A DNA stretch of 64,000 bases from Phyllobates terribilis (taxonomy: Eukaryota): positions 362,824,001 through 362,888,000 of the forward strand of contig NW_027362769.1 in assembly GCF_046119375.1 (NCBI RefSeq), given 5' to 3'. The notes below the pieces were generated by a model. That model saw only the letters and a list, made by a program, of their open reading frames with translations. It ran no database searches and was not told where the DNA came from. Shown here piece by piece: positions 51,955 to 63,868 of the stretch. The translations under genes and the position numbers were made by a program. Position 1 is the stretch's first letter. Each line of letters starts with the position of its first letter.

Positions 51955-52485
51955 GGTGTAGGGTCGCTACCGAACACTGGACTTTCTCGGAGGTAGTCGG
52001 ACCCCCGTCCCTGGTGGCCGCAGGACTCCGCGGGGAGCAGGGAGTCGCCTTCCCGCTGACATCTCTAAGTGAGTAAAGCCTTGGAAGTTCACCCCTATGG
52101 CCTCTGGAGTGTTCATTACGCGCCATACCATGCGACGCGGTGCCCGTACTCCCCGCACTACTACCCCCTCTCTTTCCTGTTTGCCTGCCCTGAGGCCTTG
52201 CTCCGCCTGTGGGGAGCAGCGAGAACTTTAGCCGCCATGACACCGGGCCTCAGCGGACTGCAGCGGCGCTGGTCACTCTTCACCAGGCACCACAGGTGGC
52301 GTAGTCGTTAAAATAAGCCACTCAACCAGGACAAGCCCACAGCATCTTTTTCTAATGTGACGGCCCTGAGCACGGGTCGGGCCTAGGCCACGGCTGCATC
52401 CCATCTCTCCATCACAGGGCCCGACACCGAGTCCCCCATCACCCAGGGTAAAACATGGGCTTCTCTGAGTAGAGGCGTCACAACC

Positions 52486-52503
52486 TGGTGTAGTCGGCAG
52501 GAT
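52486..52503 (+). promoter_or_regulatory. Primer-binding site complementary to the tRNA-Ser 3' end
   Basis: TGGTGTAGTCGGCAGGAT, 3 nt after the 5' LTR. It matches 17 of 18 nt of TGGCGTAGTCGGCAGGAT, the complement of vertebrate tRNA-Ser as recalled. Confidence 0.85.
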
Positions 52504-52862
52504 CGCGTGCCCGCAGCAAAGGAAGAAGTGCCCATTGCTATCGGGTACTGTGTGCCTTACACCTTGAACTGTTGTTTACACTTAAAATGGCGCCCGCCCA
52601 AGAAGAACAGACGCCATAATGCTGTGAAAAGACTGTCTTTGAACACCTCCCATCGTGGGCTGGGCTCCCGCTTGGCGCCAAAAAGGTGGACTGCCCCTTC
52701 CATCAGAGACTGTCCGCGGGGTAATGCCCGTCAAACTGGATGGGCTGAACAAAGGCGGGCCTGTCAGCATTCCGCCCAGGAACCGCCCCGAGAGAGGAGG
52801 AAGAAGCAAAGCAACAAGGTTCGTCCATTGCAGTTGGAGCTTGGCAGTCAACGGAGGCAGAC

Positions 52863-53465
52863 ATGGATGCCTCTGGGGAGCAAGACCACGCATCTACTGA
52901 ACCCGGTTCAGGCCCTTCACCCGGCAGAGAGCAAGGCGGCAGCGTATTGACCCCGGGAGATATTACATTTCTCCAGCAGGAAGCTCCGGAACTCCTAAGA
53001 AGGCAGATAGAGGCCCAGGAGGCGGCGACGGCTGCGTGGCGGGAAGAGATGCTGCTGCGTATCCGGGACCGCTGTCAAGGAGTAGAGGTCCCAGGACAAG
53101 TCGACTCGGTGACAGAGGTCGAGAGCGGCCCAGCGGCGGGTGAGTGTGCAACCCCTGCCCTGGCTGCAGAGCCTACCGTGACTATCTTGGACCTCATGTC
53201 GGAGTACCTGATTCCCCACGAGGTCACCTGGGAGCAAGCGTTGGCTCCAGAGCTGCAATCGGCAGCCATGGGTGAGGACCTGCGATGCCGCCCAAACCCT
53301 GATTCGGAGGTGCCTGAAGCTGCAGAGGAAACTACCGGCTCCAACCCGGACTGGTCCGCGTCTACAGAGGACTCGCAGCAACCCGTTCTAACCTCGCTAC
53401 CTGCACGGCAGGAACCTGGCCCGAGGCTGAGGATTGGGCCTGGGAAAACTAGGGGGGCGACCTAA
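52863..53465 (+). CDS. Internal ORF1 of the LTR element (200 aa, acidic, predicted coiled coil, unknown function)
   Basis: The ORF opens about 360 nt after the PBS, and its TAA overlaps the next ATG. No recognised domain. Confidence 0.5.
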   Translation: MDASGEQDHASTEPGSGPSPGREQGGSVLTPGDITFLQQEAPELLRRQIEAQEAATAAWREEMLLRIRDRCQGVEVPGQVDSVTEVESGPAAGECATPALAAEPTVTILDLMSEYLIPHEVTWEQALAPELQSAAMGEDLRCRPNPDSEVPEAAEETTGSNPDWSASTEDSQQPVLTSLPARQEPGPRLRIGPGKTRGAT

Positions 53466-53956
53466 TGGGCTTCCCCCGGGAGACCAGGGCTGAAGCGCGG
53501 AGGAGGATCCAGTGGTGCAGCGACCAGATATTCCAGCTCGCATGGGAGCAGCGTCGGCGGGAGCAGCGCTGCGAGCACCTCGAGGCCAGGACCAAAGCTG
53601 CAAAAACTCGGGCGCGTCAGGAGGAGGCCACCCGTTCCAGTCCCCGGTACGAAGGCCAAGTCGTCCGTTTTCATCGTGAGGTGGGGTGGGGGTTCATCCG
53701 GTGTCCCCAGTTCCAGGACGATGTGTTCGTCAGCCGGCGGGAAGTCGAGCAGCGCCTCAAGAAGGGACACCCCGGTCGGAACCTCTTCCTGGGCGACACA
53801 GTGACTTTCACTCGCCACCAGGGGGAGCGTGGGTGGTACGCCCTGGACGTACACAAAGTGTCCGGGAGCGACACCACCCCGCGTTCAGCCTCAGGGGACC
53901 GGCTAGCCACCGTCGGGAGGAATGAGCCCTTTCCAAGACGGCAGCCCGAAGTTTAA
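53465..53956 (+). CDS. Cold-shock-domain protein (163 aa; CSD about aa 61-132) encoded by the LTR element
   Basis: YEGQVVRF..VGWGFI (RNP1-like), DVFVS (RNP2-like) and LFLGDTVTF...GWYALDV match the CSD/OB-fold pattern and spacing. Confidence 0.8.
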   Translation: MGFPRETRAEARRRIQWCSDQIFQLAWEQRRREQRCEHLEARTKAAKTRARQEEATRSSPRYEGQVVRFHREVGWGFIRCPQFQDDVFVSRREVEQRLKKGHPGRNLFLGDTVTFTRHQGERGWYALDVHKVSGSDTTPRSASGDRLATVGRNEPFPRRQPEV

Positions 53957-54356
53957 AGCAGCCCCCGGCTGTTGTTGCAGTTTTGTTTACAAGTTTAAAA
54001 GTTGACTTTTCCTATTATGCTTAATTTCTAACCCGGTTTCTAGAGACACCTGTCCCTGCGGACTAGCAGACAGACTCTTTCCCCCTGTATATAGTTTGCA
54101 TCTCCTTAGGTGCTCCATATTGGTTTTATGCAAAACCGCGGATATTCTCTACCTCAAAACCTCAGAAGAAAAACCTGTTAGGGTGGCTCTCCGGGAGGTC
54201 CAACTCTGGATCTGCATGCCTTGCAGCCACCCCAGGGCCAACGTGGAGGGTTTAGGACCGGTCCCTCGCACTTCTGAACTGACTCGGTGTCCTTGCACTT
54301 TACCTGTCTGTCTGCAATAATGTCTCTGGAAAAATGCTAGCACTTTTATAATTTTA

Positions 54357-56216
54357 CTAGATGGTGGCCCGATTCTAACGCATCGGGTATTCTAGAATAG
54401 GTATGCGGCCGACCGGGCGCAATCAGCAGAGCGGTTTTAAAATTTGGCGCCAAAATCGCTGATTGGTCGAGGCTAGCAACCGCGACCAATTAGCAAAGCG
54501 GTGTTAAAACTTGGTGCCTATATCGCAGATTGGTCACAGCCGGCGGTCGCGACTAATCAGCAGAGCGGGGTTTAAATTTGGCGCCAATAATGCTGATTGG
54601 TCGCGGCCAGCGAACGTGACCAATCAGCAGAGCGAGGTTTAAATTTGGCGGCAATAATGCTGATTGGTTGCGGCCGGCGGTCGCGACCAATCAGCAGAGC
54701 GTTATTTAAATTTGGCGCCAGTAATGGTGATTGGTTACGGCCTTGACTAATCAGCAGAGCGGTGTTTAAATTTGTCGCCAATAATGCTGGTTATTCGTGA
54801 CCGGTAACCGCGACCAATGAGCAGAGCGGTGTTTAAATATGGTGCCAATATCGCTGATTGGTCGCGGCCGGCCACCACGACCAATTAGCGAAGCGGTGTT
54901 TAAATTTGGCGCCAATATCGCTGATTGGTCACAACAGGTGGTTGCGACTAATCAGCAGAGCGAGGTTTAAATTTGGCCCCAATACTGCTGATTGGTCGCG
55001 GCTGGCGAACAATCAGCAGAGCGGAGTTTACATTTGGCGCCAAAATCGCTGATTGGTCGCGCCCGGCAGTCGCGACCAATCAGCAGAGCAGGGTTTAAAT
55101 TTTGCGCCAATACTGCTGATTGTTTGCGGCCGGCGACCGCGACCAATCAGCAGAGCGTTGTTTAAATTTGGCACCAAAATCACTGATTGGTCGTGGCCAG
55201 CGGTGGCGACCAATCGGCAGAGCGGGGTTTAACTTTGGCGCCAATACTGCTCATTGGTCGCGGCCGGTGACCGCGACCAATCAGCAGAGCGGTGTTTCAA
55301 ATTGGCACCAATCTCGCTGATTGGTCGCGTCTGCCGTCCGCGACCAATCAGCAGAGCGTTGTTTAAATTTGGCGCCAATCTCGCTGATTGGTCGCGTCTG
55401 GCGTCAGCGACCAATCAGCAGAGCGTTGTTTAAATTTGGCGCCAATCTCGCTGATTGGTCGCGGACTGCCAACCACCGCGACGAATCAGCAGAGCGGCGT
55501 TTAAATTTGCCGGACATCTCGCTCATTGGTCGCGGTGGCCGGCCGCGACCAATCAGCAGAGCAACGTTTAAATTTGCCACCCATCTCGCTGATTGGTCGC
55601 GGTGGCTGGCCGCGATTAATCAGCAGAGCGGCGTTTAAATTTGCCGTCCATCTCGCTCATTGGTCGCGGTGGCCGGCAGCAACCAATCAGCAGAGCGGCG
55701 TTTAAATTTTCCGTCCATCTCGCTGATTGGTCGCGGCCGGCCACCGCGACCAATCAGCGTGGTATTAGTGTGGGCCCGGGAGCGGCGCTGCTTGTGCAGC
55801 TCCTTCTGCTGCGAGAAGCTGGGAGATGAGCGGCTGCTCGCAGCAGAAGCATCCCGACCGGCGGCGCCGCTCCCCGGTCCTCCGTTCACACTTGCTGTCG
55901 GGAGATCAGCAGGCCAAGCCGCTGATTTTCCGACGTTAGTCGCATGGAGGTCAGCGGCGCCGGTCGGGGTAGTTGTGCTGCTAGCGCCGCTCATCTCCCC
56001 GCTGCATCACCGCTGACCTCCGTCCGCCAGATGAGCCGCTAACGGCCGCCATCTTTTTTTAGAAATCCCGCGGCGCTGATTGGCCTCTGCCGGACCAATG
56101 AGCGACGCGGGATTTCCAGGACAGACAGACAGAAAGACAGACAGAAAGACAGACAGAAAGACAGACATAGACAGACAGACAGACAAACAGACGGGATAAG
56201 ACAATTATATAGTAGA
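54357..56216 (-). mobile_element. Non-autonomous Helitron, copy 2 (about 20 CCAAT-hairpin units at 54420-55760)
   Basis: Same TC and CTAG termini, hairpin and A/T target as copy 1, in reverse orientation. Confidence 0.85.
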
Positions 56217-57841
56217 TACTTTTATACTATGCACCTTGTTATGTAACGTTTAAGAAATGTGCCTCCCATAAAGGGATGATAGTTTTGCATGTTATCATAA
56301 AAAGAAAAAATCCTGGGTGTTGCTTCTTTTGCAGCCCGCGGACGTGCTGTGTTTTACCAGGGGGGAATGTGGCGCCCCTGAGGGTTCGACCGCCACAGGA
56401 ATGCTGCACTTCTCTAATGGAGTGTAGTGTTCCTCCTCTGAGGTAAGCCCGGTGTGATGGTCGCGACCCAGCCTTGCATCCAACACCACACTTCTCCACC
56501 AGAGGGAGCTAGTATGCACTAGGTGTTGCTCCCCTGGTTACAGGGAGACTGGGGAACACAAAGTGGTAGGAAGCAGTTAGTGGGTGTGGGTGGAGGACTT
56601 ACAAGTTAGTTACACCTTAAATTTCATATTTAATAGAAAGCCATCTTTGATCTTGGTCTGTTGTTCTTCTCTGGTCCTTTGTCTAGCCTTTGCTAGTCTG
56701 TCAGCTGTCTCTTTGCAGTCAAAATACTGTGTGTAATGTGACCTCCCTCCGGGAGCGCAGATCCTGTGTGGGCCTGCGCCGGTAAGGGACACAGCCCTCG
56801 TACCCTGGCCTTGTAGGTTGTAGACAAGTAATGTCTCAACCCGGCCAAGGACCAGGATCAAGAAGGCCCTGGGAGCTTTAGAGTGTGGCTCCCCAGAAAA
56901 TGGGTCCCGGGGAGGATGCAGACGGAGCGGAGCACGCCACCTGTCCTCGACTACCTAATCTATTCAGAGGGATTCCGGCTGCAAGAGGGGTACCGGCCCC
57001 CGACACCCGACTTTGTACTCTATGTCCTGGACGGGAAAGTCCGGTTAGGCCCTGAGGATCCCTCCGGGCATCAGATGGAGAGGAATTGCCACCCGTGCCC
57101 TAGTCCTGAGAGGAGCTCAGAGGGAGACCCGGCCTATCTACACACGCACAGACGGGAAAGGGTGAAGTTTATAGTGCAGGAACACTCTGGTGTAGGGTCG
57201 CTACCGAACACTGGACTTTCTCGGAGGTAGTCGGACCCCCGTCCCTGGTGGCCGCAGGACTCCGCAGGGAGCAGGGAGACGCCTTCCCGCTGACATCTCT
57301 AAGTGAGTAAAGCCTTGGAAGTTCACCCCTATGGCCTCCGGACTGTTCATTACGCGCCATACCATGCGACGCGGTGCCCGTACTCCCCGCACTACTACCC
57401 CCTCTCTTTCCTGTTTGCCTGCCCTGAGGCCTTGCTCCGCCTGTGGGGAGCAGCGAGAACTTTAGCCGCCATGACACCGGGCCTCAGCGGACTGCAGCGG
57501 CGCTGGTGTCCCTTCACCAGGCACCACAGGTGGCGTAGTCATTAAAATAAGCCACTCAACCCGGACAAGCCCACAGCATCTCTTTCTAATGTGACGGCCC
57601 TGAGCACGAGTCAGGCCCAGGCCACGGCTGCATCCCATCTCTCCATCACAGGGCCCGACACCGAGTCCCCCATCACCCAGGGTAAAACACGGGCTTCTCT
57701 GAGTAGAGGCGTCACACATGCATCACCCCCTTCACTGTGCAAGCCCCACAACATGCAGGCAGTCCTGTGCATAAAGCATCAGCACATTTCATGTACATCA
57801 TCTTCCCCCCCTTCCCTGTGCAAGACCCACAACATACTGCA

Positions 57842-58298
57842 TTAAAGGGGTTATCCGCTACTAGGGCAAACCCTTTTCATATTCCACGCTTGGCCCAGAT
57901 AAAATAAAAAAGCCTATGCTCAGCTCTGATGCTGTTTCAGCGGTGTCGGTACGAGTGGTCTCTGGGCTCCCGTGCGGTTGTTGTGACACGTGACCCCGGC
58001 GACCAGTCAGCGCTGGCGTCACTGTCCCCACCTTCGTACAAATCGAACATCAACAGGAAGTCAGGGCTGTGGCTGATCTCAGACTTCCTCTTCATGTTCA
58101 GTTTGTGCGAAGGTGGGAACAGTGACGCCAGCGCTGACTGGGTGCTGGGGTCACGTGACACAACAACCGCACGGGAGCCCAGAGCCCGCTCGTACGGACA
58201 CCGCTGAAACGGCATCAGAGCTGAGTATAGGCTTTTTTATTTTATCTGGGCCAAGCGTGGTGTATGAACAGGGGTTGTTCTAGCAGTGGACAATCCCT
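57842..58298. mobile_element. Fold-back MITE (TTAAAGGGG-type), near-perfect palindrome of about 450 bp
   Basis: The left arm TTAAAGGGGTTATCCGCTACTAG...GCTCAGCTCTGATGC mirrors the right arm. Confidence 0.75.
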
Positions 58299-58839
58299 TC
58301 CCTGTGAAAGGCCCCACAACATCCAGCACATGTATGCATCACTACCCTCTATGTGCAAGACCCTCAACATCACACCTTTAGTTATGTAAGCCCTCACAAC
58401 CTGCAGAACTGTGCACATTCTGTGTGCAAGACCCACTACATGCAACCCTCATGTAGCAACCTGATCCACATTTTTATGCCCCCAAAACACAGTATCAGAC
58501 CATTTACACTTTGTCCTATACATAAAAACTAAATACATAATTTCTGTCTCCACACTGACCACTTATGCAGCTCCTCAGCCCTCCTAGGATCTGTAGTGAA
58601 GCATCACCTCATATACAGCAGCCTCAGCAGCACCACGCTGCTTCCTGGTATCGGTGGGGACTGAACTGGAGGAGACACCACCCCTTCCAATCGCATCATC
58701 ACCTCCCGGGAGAAACTCCATTTTAGACACTCCCAGAGTGAGCAGCGTTGTCCCAGACTGCCAGTGGGCCCCTCTGTTAGTCCAGGGCCCCGGCACTTGC
58801 CCGGGTGCGCTGGGTGGTGACGCCAGCCCTGATACACAC

Positions 58840-61560
58840 CCTCTCAATGAATACTCGGCAGCCTTTGAGAGCTTCCAGCATAATGTAATTACCGAAATAC
58901 GTAAACTCAGTGATAAAAGATGCACAAAACGGAAAAATAATCTAAGCATGGCTAAACGAAAGGCAATAAAATCCCTACAAAACAACCATGACATAATCAT
59001 ACGCCCTGCAGATAAAGGAGGAGGCCTCGTCATCATAGATAGCAAACATTATCAAAATGAGGCACTAAGGTACTTGCTAACGACCCTACCTCTACCTACT
59101 ATAACAAATAGAGACAACTTACCAAAAAGGGACTAGAAGCAGGTTTTATGAATAAAGCAGAATTTGACTATATTAACATCCGATCACCTAGATTAGCCGT
59201 GTTCTATTATCTTCCTAAGATTCACAAATCTCTTACCAATCCAAGAGGAAGACCCATCATCTCAGGGATACAGTGCCTCACTGCAAACCTTTCCAGATAC
59301 ATTGACAACCATCTACATGACTTGGTCCCACGCCTACCGGCCTAAATCAAGGACAGCCAACATGTACTACGCCTACTAAAACAAGTCACATGGGAGGAAA
59401 ATTACATCCTCGGCACCCTTGACATCACATCACTATATACAGTAATCCAACATAAAAAAGGATGCCAAGCGGCTCCATATTTCCTAAAAAAAACAGAATA
59501 AACTACCGGAGTACCAGATTTCATTCATCAATGAATGTATGCATTTCATTCTTTCACACAATTACTTCAAACACGGGAAGAACTACTATACCCAGCAATG
59601 GGGCACAGTGATGGGGACCAGGTTCACGCCCAGTTATGCAAACCTGTACGTCGGAAAATGGGAAGACTCCACCATCTACCCGGGTGGGTCGCTGAGATCG
59701 AACCTGGTCCTATGGCATCGCTTTATCGATGAGATCATTTTTATTTGGTCTGGCAACCAACTCTCTCTGGACAAATTCATTGAGGAGATTAACCAGAATG
59801 ACTTTACATTTTACCTCAACCACGAGTACCCAACAAATCAATTTTCTTGACCTCAATATCCATGTACGTGATAATCAGATCCACAACTGCACTTTTACCA
59901 AACCCACAGATGCAAACAGCTACATCTCCCTGGACAGTTGCCACCTCCCTAGTTGGTTATTCAACATCCCAAAGAGCCAATTTATGCGACTTCATAGAAA
60001 CTGTTCAGATACCAAATACTTTGAGGAGGAAGCAGGAGTACTAACCACCAAATTCCAAAATAAAGGATATGACCCCCATTTCCTCACCTCAACCAAAAAT
60101 CTAGTAAAACAAATTCCACGTGAAAACATTCTAAAGTGCCCCACTAGAACGATTCAGGTAGCATCTAATGATTTGAATGTACCCATTATGACACCCTATA
60201 ACTCAAATACACATTTACTAAAGAGAATCATTAAAAAACACTGGAGTATCCTACAAAATGAAAAGATTATTGGTGACAAACTAGCAAAGAACCCACGCTT
60301 TATATACAAGAAAGCATGCAACCTGGGAAATCTTGTGCCACAGTCCAAAATTACCCCCCTAAAAAATGGAACCCTCTCCTTTACTAAAGATATCTGCGGC
60401 TTCTTCCCATGTCAAAAATGCACAGTATGCAAAAAACTAAATATGAAAAAACAAAAAGTAATAACCGAAAGAGACGTAACACATACCATACCAGATTTAA
60501 TTACATGCACAAGAGAGGGGGTTATTTATTGCTTAAAATGTCCGTGCAAAAAACTATACGTAGGCAGAACGAAATGCCCCATTAATGAACACCTACGGAA
60601 TATCACCACCAAGTTTGACGGGCACCCACTTTCAAAACACTATGCTGAAAAACATGGGGGTTCCATAGCAGGAACTGTGGTGACAGCTATACAAAACGTG
60701 CCAAAACAATGGTGGAAAGGTGACTACCAGAAACAAATGTCTCGAGTTGAGAGTAAATGGATCTTTATGTTTGACTCTCTAAAACCTAGAGGCTTGAACT
60801 CAGAAATCGAACTGTTGCGATTAATGAAGATTGACGGCCAAAAAAAAGGAAAGAGAAAAAAAAAAAAGTGACAGCTAAGTGGCCATTGGTAAACTCCCAC
60901 CCATAGACCTATAAAAAGGACCCATAAGTGCCTAGGGATCAGCTCTGAAGAAGGAAACCGGAGTTTCTGAAACGCATCAGCCTTTCTGATCCCCCTAGGC
61001 CACCGTACCGGTACTCACCCACGTGACGTCACACAGGTCCTCAAGCTGCCAGTGTGCACAAGTGCGCAGGTTCTCTTCTGCACCGCCGAGTGCCGATAAA
61101 CACAGAGATTGGTGAGAGCGGCGGGTCTCTGGCCGGGACCCTGCACCTCCCCTCTCTGCACCATGCCACAAGCGCTCATTCATATAGTGGAGGAAGCTTC
61201 TTCTGCCACACGGACCGGCAGCCACACAGGTCCACTGACATTGGAGGTCCACAACTGACAAGAAGAGTGCAAATTAACTTTTCTCCATATAAGGGGGACC
61301 CTCCTACCTGGTCATCAAAAGACCCTCCAGGAAGCTCATAACTGCCTCTCAACCAGGAAAAACTTCTAGGGCTCCCATTATGACTATCTTCCCTCCTCCC
61401 ATTGCTTTTAGCCTACTAGCCAACTATTAAAACAATGATTTTTAACTTCTCGTAACCTACGTATTTAATAAAATTGGTCATTTTTAACATCTTCATTGTT
61501 ATTTCTTGCCACATACCCTATACACTAGCGCAAGTTGTTTTATATATTTTTTATCTTGAA
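58840..61560 (+). mobile_element. Penelope-like element, main part (RT and GIY-YIG, several stops and frameshifts) with 3' terminal region
   Basis: ADKGG, GTVMGTRFTPSYANL, RFIDEI and FLDL motifs, plus VIYCLKCPCKKLYVGRT (GIY-YIG with a Cys linker). Confidence 0.9.
60930..61000 (+). ncRNA. Type I hammerhead ribozyme motif of the Penelope element
   Basis: CTGAAGA (60945-60951), stem II AGGAAAC/GTTTCT, GAAA (60969-60972), NUH triplet ATC (60976-60978). Closed by stem I GCCTAGGGATCAG...CTGATCCCCCTAGGC. Confidence 0.72.
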
Positions 61561-62084
61561 AACGTCAGACAACTGTGGTAGTTGTCCTCTCTTGCAGCAG
61601 ATATAGGTCTTAACCATTAGCGCCACCATTCCATTGAATAATGTTAGTATAAGCTTATACACCAGTGGGATGTTATTTAATTATTATACTCCTGGTGTGT
61701 AGGGAACTAAGCCGGTATCTTTGCCGACAGTTGATGGTTGAGTTATTCAGCCATCATCCGCCTGCAACAGTCTTGAGAGGAGCTTAACTTCTTCAGTCTA
61801 TCACAGTGACGCAGGCTATGTGTCCACGATGCAGAAATGCTCCAGATTTTTTCCTGAAAGTTTCTACATCTCCCTGGCAGAAAAAACACATGCGGATTGT
61901 ACATGCGTTTTTCCTGCCAGGGACAAGCGGATGTGAAGCGTTCTTCACATGTATTTCCACATGCGAGTTGTCAATCGCTTTCCAAGCGATTTTAGCATCA
62001 CCTGGAAAGTGCTTGACAACTTGGTCACACTATATAAATCCACGCAGCCGGCATAGATTTATATAGTGTGACCGAAAGAATGTT

Positions 62085-62325
62085 AAAAAATAAAAAATAA
62101 ATTTATACTTACCTTCTGATGGCCCCCGGAGTCTTTATTCGATGCGTCTCGGCTTGCCGGCGGCTCGCGGTGCACTGAAAGGACCTGCCAACGTCAGCGG
62201 TCGCGTGACCCGTCACATGACTAAATGACGTCATGGCATGTCCTTGAGTCCACCGCGATCTGCCGGCAAGCCAGAACAAAGACACCGGGGGCCATCAGAA
62301 GGTAAGTATAATGTTTATTTTTTCA
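62085..62325. mobile_element. Palindromic MITE core
   Basis: ATACTTACCTTCTGATGGCCCCCGG and CCGGGGGCCATCAGAAGGTAAGTAT form inverted arms. Confidence 0.55.
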
Positions 62326-63495
62326 TTTTATTCTTTTTTTTTACAGGTTCTATGGTACCTGGGTCTGGAGGAGAGTCTCCTGTGCTGCACACCCGGGTAC
62401 CATCCGCACATTGAAACGCATGGAATCCGCATGTACAGATCCAGTGATGTGGAATCCAAGCGTTCCAGTGCAAGTCAATGGCGGCGAAAATGCAGCTCTT
62501 TCGCAAAATAATTGGTAGTGCTGCGTTTTTTTCCGCAATGATAATCGGCAGCAGAAATTTCCGCAGCATGTGCACAACACATGCGGATAATCGTTGGGGA
62601 CCATGGCAGACCTTCTATCAAGCGTTTTTTAAGCGTTTCTGCAGCGGAATTGCCATTGCGGGATTGCTTAAAAAACGCATCGTGGGCACAAAGACTCAGA
62701 ACATGTGATGGGCAGTTTGAATAGCCAATAGGGTGTCATGAAAGCAAGGGGTCTGCTGAAGACCCTCATATCTGTCATGTTTGCACGTCTGTATAAGCCA
62801 GCTCACGGCTGATGTTCACAGGTAACCATGGCTATAGCTATATACTATAGCTGTATACAGCGCTGTGCATAGTACAGGCAAACAGATGATCACAGGGTGG
62901 AATCACTTCCCAATTACTCCCGTTTAAATCAGAGAAACTTAAAAAATAAAAAAACACACATATGTGGTATTAATATATTTGTAAAATTGTTCTTTCAGTG
63001 TTCAGTGGAATTTTCAGTAAAGACCTGGTTAATTCTCATTGAAGAGCACTACATCCTGAGTTTTTTTTTTTTGTTGAGTTTTTGCTCTTCAAATCTGTTA
63101 TGTTGTGTGTCCTTGGTGGTTTTGTATTCATGTTATAAAAATATATTCATTTTCATTTATGATTGTCAGGTTATTTCTCCAACTATGAATTTCATTGATT
63201 AGATTTCTCCACCATGATCTGGAAAGGTGATGACAATATTTGGGATATTTCTCTTCACAGGGAAATAAGTTACATAGAGTAGAAGCTGGAAAGAACTGCA
63301 GAAACTGCACAATGAACGGGAAATTCAAACTCCCCAGCAGTTCAGTGTTCAGCCAATCAGCAGAGGAAGGAGGAGCTAATGTAGATTCTGTAAGACCCGC
63401 CCTGGAAACGCGTCACCTCTGCAGTCTTCTCTCTGGTCCACCCATCCGCTAAAAAAAAGAAGAGTCCGTGGGGCTTCGTCACAGTTTTCAGCTGA

Positions 63496-63816
<321 letters not shown>

Positions 63817-63848
63817 TTGTATTCTCTGCTCCATCCTGACAACCAAAA

Positions 63849-63864
63849 GGCTCTTTTCAGAGCC
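63849..63864 (+). terminator. Histone 3' stem-loop of H4
   Basis: Canonical GGCTCT-TTTC-AGAGCC. Confidence 0.93.
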
Positions 63865-63868
63865 ACCG

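Larger units (their letters stand above)
44635..57716 (+). mobile_element. LTR retroelement lacking pol, with two internal ORFs (one a cold-shock domain)
   Basis: LTRs TGTGGC...GGCGTCACA at 44635-52482 (with two insertions) and 56368-57716 (1349 bp). TSD CATG, PBS at 52486-52503 and polypurine tract AGGGGGGAA at 56359-56367. Confidence 0.9.
43804..58831. mobile_element. Non-autonomous hAT-type element expanded to 15 kb by nested insertions
   Basis: Termini CAGGGCCGGC and GCCAGCCCTG, with 8-bp TSD ATACACAC at 43796-43803 and 58832-58839. The about 59-bp internal repeats at 44400-44634 continue at 57717-57840. Confidence 0.85.

Noticed and set aside
53465-53956. Processed Lin28 or YBX retrocopy
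   Set aside because: There are no CCHC knuckles or YBX tail, the CSD is too divergent (VVRF, GWGFI, VFVS), there is no poly-A, and it sits between a PBS and a PPT.
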